A stretch of 64,000 bases of DNA from an uncultured Candidatus Saccharibacteria bacterium (lineage in GTDB: Bacteria > Patescibacteriota > WWE3 > 2-01-FULL-39-13). This document shows positions 47,837 to 57,255 of this stretch, in pieces. The DNA is taken from positions 406,284 through 470,283 of the forward strand of contig OZ246395.1 of the NCBI GenBank assembly GCA_965230915.1. Reading direction: 5' to 3'. The position numbers and the translations under genes are program-made. Numbering within the stretch: position 1 is the stretch's first letter; each line of letters begins with the position of its first letter. The notes under the pieces were generated by a model, which ran no database searches, had not been told where the DNA came from, and was given only the letters and a program-made list of their open reading frames with translations.

Positions 47837-48586
47837 ATGGTTTTAAACATAAATAAGCCTCTTGGAATCACAAGCTACGACGTTATTCGAAGACTAAAAA
47901 AGCAATACCCAGGAGAAAGAATTGGTCACGCAGGAACGCTAGACCCTTTGGCTGAAGGTATTTTAATTTGCCTTGTAGGCAAACAAGATACCAAGCGCCA
48001 GTCAGAATTTATGGGAGTTGTTAAGGAGTATGAGTATGAAATGGTATTTGGATTCGACACCGATACTTATGATGTTTTAGGTCTTGTTAATGCTTCAAGA
48101 GAATATACTCCAAATGACATTGAAGCAAAAATAAAAAATAACCTGCAAACTAGAAAATTAAAACAGAAACTTCCGCCATTTAGCGCATCTAAAGTTAACG
48201 GAAAACCTTTGTACCGTTGGTATCTTGATGGACAAATTGATCGAGTGGAGATTCCCGAAAATAATATTGAAGTTTTGGAACACGAGTTGATGTCCACCAA
48301 TGTAGTTTCAAAATCGGATTTGCACGTAAAAGTTAATGAACTTGTTAACTTGGTTAATTCACGTTTTAGAAAAGATCAGGTTTTAAAGTCGTGGGAAGAA
48401 ACTTTATCAAATACTAATCAGACAGAATTTTTGACGGCCAGACTTCGCGCGAAAGTTTCAAAAGGAACTTATATTCGTGGATTAGCTAATGATTTAGGAA
48501 ATAAACTTGAAACAGGTGCGTGCACCTTAACTATAAAGCGCACGCAAGTTGGAGATTTTAAAATCTCTGATTCAGTTTCAATTTAA
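47837..48586 (+). CDS. truB: tRNA pseudouridine(55) synthase
   Basis: It has the catalytic Asp motif HAGTLDPLAEG. Confidence 0.9.
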   Translation: MVLNINKPLGITSYDVIRRLKKQYPGERIGHAGTLDPLAEGILICLVGKQDTKRQSEFMGVVKEYEYEMVFGFDTDTYDVLGLVNASREYTPNDIEAKIKNNLQTRKLKQKLPPFSASKVNGKPLYRWYLDGQIDRVEIPENNIEVLEHELMSTNVVSKSDLHVKVNELVNLVNSRFRKDQVLKSWEETLSNTNQTEFLTARLRAKVSKGTYIRGLANDLGNKLETGACTLTIKRTQVGDFKISDSVSI

Positions 48587-51417
48587 TTATTCGAGCTTAA
48601 CAAGTTTGTAAGCTTATAGAAGTTAATAACTTCTGGAGATGTTTTAACTTTTGTTGCAACGCCATTCGAATTTAAATCATTTGAAATAATAAAGTTATTA
48701 GAAGCCTTATCTAAAAGGTAAATTGCAGTTTTATTATTTGTAATTGAATTCAAGCTAATTTCATTGTCGCTTGTTTTAATATATGCGGCATTTGTATTGT
48801 CAGCTAATACGTTAGATCTGAAAATATTTCCGTTTGAATTTCCATAAACATAAATTCCGTGTCGGCTACTTCGCAGAACTTCATTATTAAGAACATAATT
48901 TTTGCCGCTATCTTCGTTTAGACGAATGCCATTTACGCTATTATTTACTTTGTTTCCTTCGATTAGATTTCCAGTAGAAGCCCAAATTGCGATTCCATCA
49001 TTATTATTTTCTATGATATTGTTGCGCACGATATTATCGTTTGAAGCCATATGCAACATTATTCCATGCAGCTTATTATCGCGTGAAATATTATTAACGA
49101 TTATATTGTTGTAGCACCTTTTTGAAAAAATAATTCCATGTATGCCATTTCTTTCAGCAATATTATTTTCAACAATAAAGTTATTCGAATCGTCATGTGG
49201 ATCTAGACCGTATACAACGTTGTCGTTAAATTTATTGTTTTTCCAGACGATTCCGGTAGCCCCATAAGTATATGCTCCAAAATAATTATGGTGATAATTA
49301 TTTCCGATTGATTCTCCTGTCGAAACATAGTGAGGATATGTTCTGGATGGGATTCTCCATGAAACTCCGTATGTTCCTCCTGCAGTTGTTAAATCTTTTT
49401 CTTTATAACCGAGCCAAGCCATTTCTGAGTTATAAATATCAAGTCTAGAATTTGCCTTCATTAAAACATAGCTTCGGCCATCATTATATTCTTCGTCGAA
49501 ATTATTTTTGTCGGTATCCCAGGAAGTTACTTTTGTATCCCGAATTGTTAAACGGCCATTATATCCAATTAAAGTCGCAAATCCTGAAGTGGTACTTTTC
49601 ATTTTTAGCCATGTTACATCTGGCGAAACGATATCTAGTGATGTTCCGCTTTCCATATATATATTTGCAGATAAAACCCATATGCCATCAGATTCTTTGG
49701 TTAAATGTGTATATCCGTCTTTCGCAGCAATGTCAGCAATTGTGAATTTGTGTCCGCGACCGGAAAGATAAATTGTATTAGTTGCCGCATCATATCTTTG
49801 TCCTCTCGCAGTTGGAGTTTTTCTTTGGTAATTGAACATTGTTAAAGGTTCATATTTAACCGGTTTAAGTGGAATAGTCAAAATATCTCCAGGGTTTACA
49901 CGGTCCCAGTTTGGCAAAATTGGGAAATTGAATTTCACAATCTCGGAAACAGGAATATTATATTCAGCAGCAATCTGTGAAAGGCTTTCGCCACCTTTTA
50001 CTTCGCGGCGAATTAAGCTTGGAGATGTATCAAGTTTATTTAATTCGTCTAAATTTGCAGAAATATCTTTAGTGGTAAGAGCTGAATCTTCTTTTAGATT
50101 TTGAGCAATTGTCATTCGAGCAGCATTAGCTTTCACTTCCATATCATGAAAGTGAAGATAAGGAATTGATGCAACAGCAATTAAGACATAAGCAGTATAA
50201 ATGTATGCTCCAGCTGTATTAATAATATTGGTTTTGCTCATTCTAGAAATATCCCAGCGTGTTAACCAACCTTGTGTTCTGATAGTTATTAAAGCAAAAA
50301 TACGTATTACGCCTGACCAGTATGAATAAATAATATAAGTAGGAATATGAATTATATGCATCGGATATCTTTTTAAATGTGGATATACTTTTATAGTACG
50401 GGTAATTAACCACCAAGCCAAAAGTACCGCAGCTGAAATAAAGTGTCCGTATGCTAATGAAATTGCAAAGAATGCAAATCCGTAAACCATTGTAAAAGGA
50501 GCAATAAATCTATCTACCAAAAAGAATAATAGATGTGGGTGTTTGCGAATCCATTTGCTACTAAGTGCTTTAGTGTCTGCTCTCCAGCTATTTCGTGCCC
50601 AACGAATTTTTTGTTTTGCGAATGTTTGAAAATCTTCTGTTCCTGGTGTTAATACAACTGCATTTTTCTGATAAACAGTTTTCCATCCGTCTGCTTGGAC
50701 TAGATTTGTTAAGCATTTATCATCACCGCTAATTGATTTCTTCCCCCAGAAATGTTCGTTTGTAAGTTGGTCGAGTAATGGTTTTACAGCTGAAGTTCTG
50801 TAAAATGCAGTTCTTCCCGATAAGCATGAAAGTGCATTTCCCATTCCAGATAAATATGGCATTTCGTCGAAGTAACGAAGGTCTAAAAGTATATCGAATA
50901 AAATTCGAGTTAAAGTATTTGGATTAGTAACGTTTTGCCTTGTTGCAACTCCTCCGACTTTTTCGTCAGCAAATGGAGCAAGTGCATTTTTCATAACCCC
51001 TTCTGTCCATTCTGTATCACTATCGATAAGTGCAACAATTTCATATTTTGCAAGTTTCATTCCTGTTGCTAAAGCTTCTCGTTTTCCGGGGATTTTTGTA
51101 ATTTCTAAAACTCCGTTTTTATATTTTTTCTGAAAGTCTTTAAAAACTTTTATCGAAGATTCGTCTGTATAGTCGATAACAGCAATAATTTCTGAAGGTT
51201 TTTCTTTGGCCCAAGAATCTAGCGCTTTTCTAAATCCAATTGGATCTTCATTATAAACTGGAGTAATAACCGAAACTTTTGCATTATATTCTGTTGTTTT
51301 TACTTTGTAGTAAAGGTGGCCACAGATTTTTTTGTATCCCCAGACGCTCCAGCGCCATAATCCAATCAAACCTATTGGAAGATACTCAACATAAGGAATT
51401 TCAGAGAACGATATCAT
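48583..51417 (-). CDS. fusion protein: processive GT2 polysaccharide synthase, TM helices, LysM domain and a right-handed beta-helix with a DPHD motif (mannuronan C5-epimerase-like)
   Basis: The GT2 part has VITPVYNE, IDSDTEW (DxD) and QKIRWARN (Q-x-x-R-W). Several TM helices follow. The LysM domain is GGESLSQIAAEYNIPVSEIVKF...GDILTIP. The PbH1/CASH repeats are NNIxxNxxHGI..., with GLDPHDDSNN. Confidence 0.8.
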   Translation of the reverse strand: MISFSEIPYVEYLPIGLIGLWRWSVWGYKKICGHLYYKVKTTEYNAKVSVITPVYNEDPIGFRKALDSWAKEKPSEIIAVIDYTDESSIKVFKDFQKKYKNGVLEITKIPGKREALATGMKLAKYEIVALIDSDTEWTEGVMKNALAPFADEKVGGVATRQNVTNPNTLTRILFDILLDLRYFDEMPYLSGMGNALSCLSGRTAFYRTSAVKPLLDQLTNEHFWGKKSISGDDKCLTNLVQADGWKTVYQKNAVVLTPGTEDFQTFAKQKIRWARNSWRADTKALSSKWIRKHPHLLFFLVDRFIAPFTMVYGFAFFAISLAYGHFISAAVLLAWWLITRTIKVYPHLKRYPMHIIHIPTYIIYSYWSGVIRIFALITIRTQGWLTRWDISRMSKTNIINTAGAYIYTAYVLIAVASIPYLHFHDMEVKANAARMTIAQNLKEDSALTTKDISANLDELNKLDTSPSLIRREVKGGESLSQIAAEYNIPVSEIVKFNFPILPNWDRVNPGDILTIPLKPVKYEPLTMFNYQRKTPTARGQRYDAATNTIYLSGRGHKFTIADIAAKDGYTHLTKESDGIWVLSANIYMESGTSLDIVSPDVTWLKMKSTTSGFATLIGYNGRLTIRDTKVTSWDTDKNNFDEEYNDGRSYVLMKANSRLDIYNSEMAWLGYKEKDLTTAGGTYGVSWRIPSRTYPHYVSTGESIGNNYHHNYFGAYTYGATGIVWKNNKFNDNVVYGLDPHDDSNNFIVENNIAERNGIHGIIFSKRCYNNIIVNNISRDNKLHGIMLHMASNDNIVRNNIIENNNDGIAIWASTGNLIEGNKVNNSVNGIRLNEDSGKNYVLNNEVLRSSRHGIYVYGNSNGNIFRSNVLADNTNAAYIKTSDNEISLNSITNNKTAIYLLDKASNNFIISNDLNSNGVATKVKTSPEVINFYKLTNLLSSNN

Positions 51418-52312
51418 CTGCTTTCTCCTCTACATTTACGGGCGTGCTTTGTTGAATAAGTCTGTTGTTAACTTCGACTGTAGCTCTTAAATGAATAGGA
51501 TCGTGTCCTTGGCTTTCGGCCCAGGTTAAAAATCCTTGCGTATCTTTTGGTAAGCAAACTCCTCCGAATGGACCCATGTCTTTTGTTCCATATTTCGGAT
51601 TCCAAAGTGCCTCTGCACTCTTTGTTACCAAATCAAAAACTTTTTCAGTATCTAGTTTTAGGGATTTTCCAATTTCTCTCATTTCATTAAAGAAAGAAAT
51701 TTTTGCAGCGTTCAATAAATTATGAACATATTTTTGGAATTCTGCTTCTTCTATTGTTAATCGATGAACTTCAGGAGCAAAGTCTTTATAAACTTTTTGC
51801 AAGATTTCAAAAGATCTGTCATCGTAAGCTCCGACAACTACAATCCAAGGGTTATCAAAGTCTTCAACTGCTTTATATGCTCGTAAATATTCCGGATTCA
51901 TACAAAGTCCAAAATCTTCGCCGACTTTTTTGCCTGAAACTTCTTCAGCTTTTTTTGAAAGTTCAACTGTTGTTCCTGGTGGAAGTGTGCTTCGTGTAAC
52001 TATAACTTGATAGTTTTTGTTATTTTTTATGACAACTCCAAGTTCTGCGACCGCACTTTGTAAATATTGAAGATCTACACTTTTATTTACAGTCGGAGTT
52101 GGGACCGCTAAAAAGTTTACGATCTCCTCACCTTTTTTGTATTTTGTGGATTTTAATTCTTCAGCGGAAATTGCCTTATAGCCTTCTGCTTTAATTTGCT
52201 CAATTCTAATCGGATTAACATCAACGAATGTGACGTCAAATCCACGTTTGAGGAATCCTCTGCCTGTAGCATAACCAACTACTCCTGAACCGATAACATT
52301 TATTTTGATCAT
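51401..52312 (-). CDS. UDP-glucose/GDP-mannose 6-dehydrogenase family protein, C-terminally truncated (303 aa)
   Basis: It has GSGVVGYATG (Rossmann fold), VPTPT, NPEYLR and the catalytic Cys in FGGVCLPKD. It stops about 45 aa after the Cys, so it has no nucleotide-sugar-binding C-terminal domain. It overlaps the GT2 start by 17 nt. Confidence 0.75.
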   Translation of the reverse strand: MIKINVIGSGVVGYATGRGFLKRGFDVTFVDVNPIRIEQIKAEGYKAISAEELKSTKYKKGEEIVNFLAVPTPTVNKSVDLQYLQSAVAELGVVIKNNKNYQVIVTRSTLPPGTTVELSKKAEEVSGKKVGEDFGLCMNPEYLRAYKAVEDFDNPWIVVVGAYDDRSFEILQKVYKDFAPEVHRLTIEEAEFQKYVHNLLNAAKISFFNEMREIGKSLKLDTEKVFDLVTKSAEALWNPKYGTKDMGPFGGVCLPKDTQGFLTWAESQGHDPIHLRATVEVNNRLIQQSTPVNVEEKADDIVL

Positions 52313-52363
52313 ATATTTGAAATTGATTTAGGCAGTGAAATCTTTTGGAGTGTATCACCCGAA

Positions 52364-53758
52364 TTATTTTTCAGTCAATAATTTTATGTCGAATTTCTTA
52401 TTTGTTGTTGAAGTTCCTTCGGTTGGTTGTTCATATACGATATAAAAATTATTATCATAATTATTTTTCGCGGCTAAATGAGGATAGTAAATATTTTCTC
52501 CTAATAAAATTTTGTATGTAAACTTATTTTCGAGCGAGTCGAACTTTGAAAAATATCCTTTAGAATCGATCGGGTCTTCTCTCGGGAATTCACTCTTATT
52601 TTGGTTTTCTAGCCAAACAATACCGACTTCATCATTTTTATTTGTTCCGAGTACAGGAAAGAACTGATAGGCATCACTTTCTAATACCGTTTGAGGCTTT
52701 GTCCAATTGCGGTTTTCTAAGATAGAAAAATATAATTCGGCTTTATCATCAACATCACTTCTCCAAGTCGCAATGATTTTGTCATTGTATTTTACGGCGG
52801 ACACATGACGTGAGTCATCAAACCCATTACTTATGTTTTTCCAATCGCTCCATGTTTCACCTTTATCATAAGAAATTGCGTGCCAGATTTGTTGGTCATT
52901 GCTTTCACGGCTTGAATAGAAAAATAAATTTAAATTATTATTAGAATCCAATAATAAATATGGTCGGGATTGAGTGTTATTCGGACTTGTATTAATGTTT
53001 TTCCATTGTGACCAAGTTTTACCACCATCATTTGATTTTATAAATTTAGCTTGCTGGTTTCTATTTTCCGAATCCTTCCCTTCCCAAACTATGTAGAGGT
53101 TGTCGCCTTCTGTTAGTATCTGCGGGTGCTCCTGCCAGTAATCTTCATCATCAGTGTATCCTTCAACTAAACTTGGAATAGTTGGTTTCGACCATGATTT
53201 TCCGTTATCAATGGAGCGAATATACTTAACCTGTCGACCATTATTGCTGCCTTCAGTAAGGCCATACCAAACTACATGAATTGTGTCGTTTTGATCTACC
53301 GCAATCGATGGAACGCGTTGGGTTGCCCCATCTGAATCAGTTACGACTTTATTGGATATTAATTTACCGTTTTTTGATTTAGATATATATATTTCGAAGT
53401 CTTCTTTAGTTTTTGCTCTGTAAGCTGTAAAGATTTCGCCGTTACTATTTATCGCTACTTTATCCTGACCCGTATATCCTAAGCCTTTATTATCATCAGT
53501 TGATCCTACTTTTACGATTTTGCCTGATGGGCTTGATTCCTTAATATAATCGTTCGGGCCGGTTGTTAATATTTGTTCTACTGTTTGTGAAATATCCGAA
53601 AATTCGACGGGGGAATCAAAGTCTTTATTAGAAAAAGTCCGGTACATAAGCGCCGAAACTACTATTATTGGAGCAAGAGCTACTGGTATATAAATGAAGC
53701 TCCACTTGAATTTGGGCATAACTTTAATAACTTTAGCCCGTAATCTAGGTGATTTCAA
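52364..53758 (-). CDS. BNR/Asp-box repeat protein (sialidase-like beta-propeller), N-terminally membrane-anchored
   Basis: It carries repeated S-x-D-x-G-x-T-W motifs: SIDNGKSWS, SNDGGKTWS and SYDKGETWS. Confidence 0.7.
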   Translation of the reverse strand: MKSPRLRAKVIKVMPKFKWSFIYIPVALAPIIVVSALMYRTFSNKDFDSPVEFSDISQTVEQILTTGPNDYIKESSPSGKIVKVGSTDDNKGLGYTGQDKVAINSNGEIFTAYRAKTKEDFEIYISKSKNGKLISNKVVTDSDGATQRVPSIAVDQNDTIHVVWYGLTEGSNNGRQVKYIRSIDNGKSWSKPTIPSLVEGYTDDEDYWQEHPQILTEGDNLYIVWEGKDSENRNQQAKFIKSNDGGKTWSQWKNINTSPNNTQSRPYLLLDSNNNLNLFFYSSRESNDQQIWHAISYDKGETWSDWKNISNGFDDSRHVSAVKYNDKIIATWRSDVDDKAELYFSILENRNWTKPQTVLESDAYQFFPVLGTNKNDEVGIVWLENQNKSEFPREDPIDSKGYFSKFDSLENKFTYKILLGENIYYPHLAAKNNYDNNFYIVYEQPTEGTSTTNKKFDIKLLTEK

Positions 53759-53885
53759 CGATTTTATTATATGAATTACCCTAAAATGGCAAAAAAGGCT
53801 GATTTGGCGGCTTTAAAAATTAGGCTTATGAATGCTATAATATTTCGGTACTTTTAAGTGGGTTCCCACATTTTTTCCGCTTCGC

Positions 53886-53962
53886 GGGCCAGTAGCTCAG
53901 TTGGTTAGAGCACCTGCCTTTTAAGCAGGGTGTCGAAGGTTCAAATCCTTCCTGGCTCACCA
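53886..53962 (+). tRNA. tRNA-Lys (anticodon TTT)
   Basis: A cloverleaf was folded by eye. The acceptor is GGGCCAG/CTGGCTC, the D-arm is GCTC/GAGC, the anticodon stem is CCTGC/GCAGG with loop CTTTTAA, and the T-arm is GAAGG-TTCAAAT-CCTTC. A CCA end is present. Confidence 0.85.
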
Positions 53963-53968
53963 TTTAAT

Positions 53969-56113
53969 CTAATTAACTTTGATAGTCTTAATCTCGGACT
54001 TATTCCCTGCTCTATCTTTTATATATACATCAAAGACATATTTCGAGCCGTTAATATCTGCCGGCAATGTGCAGGTAAAATTACCCTCATCCTCTAAGCC
54101 GCAAGATAAATTTGTGAATTTAATAGACTTGTCTGCATTATAAATATCAATATTTAAGGTACCCTTATCATTTGAAGACCCTTCGATATTTAAAGTTTTA
54201 GATGGACTAATTTTGATAGTAACTGCGTTTGTTATATTTTTAGAGTTTATTTTTGATATTGTAAATTCTGTTGGAGTTTTAGTATCGACAGTAAACTTAT
54301 ATATTTCAGATTTAACAGAAATATTAGTCGCATCAATAGAACTTATATACCATTCATATTTCCCGTCTTTTAAATTAGTAAATGTATAATTTGTTCGATC
54401 TTTATCTGTGCTGGCTATTCGGTTAAAAGTTTTATCTTTTCCAATTCGCTTAAGATGAATATCATACTTTACGGCTGCTGTAACCTTATTCCAAACTACA
54501 GTTACATCATCTGATTTGCTGTACCCATTATTTAAAGTTGGGTATTGTTTCTTCTCGCGGCCGCTACTATCTTCATAGGAATATTTTTTCTTAGTATTTG
54601 TTATTGCCGTTGCTCCTAAAGATGCAGCATCAGAATCTTCTAATCTTAAGAGATAACCATCATAATTATCATCAATATTGGGTTCTCTAGTATCCCCACC
54701 TAGATAATGGTTGAAGTCAGTTTCTTTTGAGAATGCGCCTGCTGCATATATGTATCCATTTTTTTCATTAAAATCTATTGATTGAACCAATGATCCGGCC
54801 TCTTCACTATAGTAAGAATGAACCCATCTGAAATTGCCATTTTCATCGAGAGCAAGAATATAACCAGCCCTGGCATCAGCATCGTATATTGCGTCAGATG
54901 GACCCGGGTCAAAATCCATAAACAGGTTATAATTGCTCCCCAGGTATACATTGCCGTCGCTTGTGACTGCCATGCTTTCCAAATTTTCTACATCATCAGT
55001 TCCGTATGTTACAGTCCATCTATATGTGCCGTCTGTAGAAAATTTACTAACATATACATCTGAATTAGCAGGTTCAGCAACCGTATGTATATCTTCGCTA
55101 TCTGTAGGATCAAAATCTATATAACCAGATCTAATGTATCCTCCACTATATACATTTCCTTTATTATCAAGCCTTACAAGTTGAGGAAGGTCATTCCCAG
55201 TACCCCCAAAAGTTTTGCTCCAGATAAAATTTCCATTGGAGTTATACTTAACCAAAAACCCATCCAGGCCGCCATTTGAAGTAACTGATGATGTACCTGG
55301 AGTTCCATCTAGATCTGCGCCATCAGAATACGAACCGACAGCATAAATGTATCCGTTCTTATCAATTGCTACGCCATAAACATAATCATTGTCTAGCCCA
55401 CCTAAAGTTCTTGTCCATTTATAATTGCCATCTTTATCGTATTTGGATATGAAACCTTCATAATTCTCTCCTGTAAGTAAATCTATACCTGATGTAGCAT
55501 CCATATCTATATCGATTCCACCAAAATCTCCGACAAGATAGATATTATCGCCATTCTGATCAACAGCTATGTCACTTGGTTCTACCACACCAGTGTCATA
55601 AGCTTTATACCAAAGCAAGGTGCCATTCTTATCATATTTAGCAAAAACAAGTGCTGCATCATCATTTGGTGTTACATTCGTTGTGCCTGAATTTGGATCA
55701 AGATCGAAAGTCCCATCAAAATAAAATGCTATATATATATTCTTATTTTTATCAACTGCTATGCGCGTAGAATTAGCATCCCCGTCGCCAATTATTCCTT
55801 TTGTCCAAATTTCATTGCCATTTTTATCAGTTTTACTAATAAAGACATTGTATCTGGATGTCACAGCAGTCAAATTATGAACTCCAGAACCCGGATCAAA
55901 ATCCGTTGTTCCTTTAAATCGTCCCATGGTCACAATATTTTCATCGGAATCGTGGGATATTCTTTCGAAAAAAGTTGTATCTGTTCCCGGATATGTTTTT
56001 GTAAAATTATATTTATGGTTGTCAGCGGCAAGTACCGGTTTAGTCATATAAAATATGGCGAGGATTAGAATAAATATTGCGGATAAAAATCTTTTGGCAG
56101 AAAGAAAAAGCAT
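53969..56113 (-). CDS. secreted SBBP-repeat (beta-propeller) protein with C-terminal Ig/Fn3-like domains
   Basis: It has a signal peptide and repeated D.NGN..W...GG..D..VA.D..GNIY..G and DFDPG.G units. Confidence 0.65.
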   Translation of the reverse strand: MLFLSAKRFLSAIFILILAIFYMTKPVLAADNHKYNFTKTYPGTDTTFFERISHDSDENIVTMGRFKGTTDFDPGSGVHNLTAVTSRYNVFISKTDKNGNEIWTKGIIGDGDANSTRIAVDKNKNIYIAFYFDGTFDLDPNSGTTNVTPNDDAALVFAKYDKNGTLLWYKAYDTGVVEPSDIAVDQNGDNIYLVGDFGGIDIDMDATSGIDLLTGENYEGFISKYDKDGNYKWTRTLGGLDNDYVYGVAIDKNGYIYAVGSYSDGADLDGTPGTSSVTSNGGLDGFLVKYNSNGNFIWSKTFGGTGNDLPQLVRLDNKGNVYSGGYIRSGYIDFDPTDSEDIHTVAEPANSDVYVSKFSTDGTYRWTVTYGTDDVENLESMAVTSDGNVYLGSNYNLFMDFDPGPSDAIYDADARAGYILALDENGNFRWVHSYYSEEAGSLVQSIDFNEKNGYIYAAGAFSKETDFNHYLGGDTREPNIDDNYDGYLLRLEDSDAASLGATAITNTKKKYSYEDSSGREKKQYPTLNNGYSKSDDVTVVWNKVTAAVKYDIHLKRIGKDKTFNRIASTDKDRTNYTFTNLKDGKYEWYISSIDATNISVKSEIYKFTVDTKTPTEFTISKINSKNITNAVTIKISPSKTLNIEGSSNDKGTLNIDIYNADKSIKFTNLSCGLEDEGNFTCTLPADINGSKYVFDVYIKDRAGNKSEIKTIKVN

Positions 56114-56217
56114 TAATAAAATTGTAACAATTGAAATATTTAAGTCTATATAGTGAATTATGATAATCGATCTAGAATTTTAGATCTTGCCATTTAAAAT
56201 AGTTTATACAAATCAAC

Positions 56218-56886
56218 CTATTTATTTGTTTTGAAAAGTATCGTTATATTTTCACCGTAAACTTCTGAGGTAGAATCACTCATGGAATCAACTTTTTTAG
56301 CTGGTTCATCGAAATTTTTCCCACTGGAAGTATTAAAATTGGTCTTCACTGATTTAATTTCAAAGGAGTTACCTTCAGCCGGTTGATCAAAGGTATCGAT
56401 CAGCTCTATATGTTTTTCCCCTTTGTTTAGAGTGCCACACTTTACCTTTGTATCCCTACCCTCAGGTCTGTCATATGCAGTATGAGTGAACTTAACATCA
56501 ACAGTAACTTCTACTGCCGTTTTTTCTTCTATGTTTTCAACTAGGATAAAGACTAAATTTTTATTTGGTGGATCTGCTCGTTGAAAATCATTAATTAAAT
56601 TACGGACATTATCTTTTGTGGCCAAAATGGGATATTTAGAAATAAACGCATCATCAATTTTGCTTGCTAAAATAAATTTAACTTTAATGTAAGGAAGTAC
56701 TTCACTATGAATTGTATGCAGAAGAGTTTTATAAGTAAGATATACGAAGACTAAGGTGAAAACAGCATTTATCACACCATCGTATCTAGAAAATTCATCT
56801 ATACTTCTCCACGCAAAGTAGGCTAGTGATAGTATAGCTAAACCTAATATTATTTCTGGGAGGTTGCTTTTAAAGTTCAATTTCAT
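56218..56886 (-). CDS. hypothetical membrane protein (222 aa)
   Basis: It has two N-terminal TM helices and overlaps the upstream ORF by 17 nt. Confidence 0.35.
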   Translation of the reverse strand: MKLNFKSNLPEIILGLAILSLAYFAWRSIDEFSRYDGVINAVFTLVFVYLTYKTLLHTIHSEVLPYIKVKFILASKIDDAFISKYPILATKDNVRNLINDFQRADPPNKNLVFILVENIEEKTAVEVTVDVKFTHTAYDRPEGRDTKVKCGTLNKGEKHIELIDTFDQPAEGNSFEIKSVKTNFNTSSGKNFDEPAKKVDSMSDSTSEVYGENITILFKTNK

Positions 56887-57190
56887 CCCTCCCGCTAAAA
56901 TTGTCCGTCTTACCTTTCAATTCATCTACGGCACTTTTTATTCTCGATTTTAGAAGCTTGATGAAATCCTCTGCGCTTTGTTCATCAGAAAATTGAAAGC
57001 TTGTATTTAGGCTTGTAACGGGGATTACGCTTCTCGCCCGTCCGTTATAATATATAGTTTCTGGCGCTATCGATATAGAAGGCGCTCCGAATCTTTTCAC
57101 ACGATCAATTTCGTCTTCCGAATACTCTGTTATCTCGACATTAACTAGATAGCTGCCAGCTTTTAAGTTTTTTTCTATTACAACCTTCAT
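56870..57190 (-). CDS. hypothetical protein (106 aa)
   Basis: ORF only. It is co-oriented and overlaps the next gene. Confidence 0.3.
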   Translation of the reverse strand: MKVVIEKNLKAGSYLVNVEITEYSEDEIDRVKRFGAPSISIAPETIYYNGRARSVIPVTSLNTSFQFSDEQSAEDFIKLLKSRIKSAVDELKGKTDNFSGRDEIEL

Positions 57191-57255
57191 AATTTACATA
57201 TATATTATGCATTTTAATCGCGTTACTACAAGCCCTTCATGATTTTAGGAAATTT

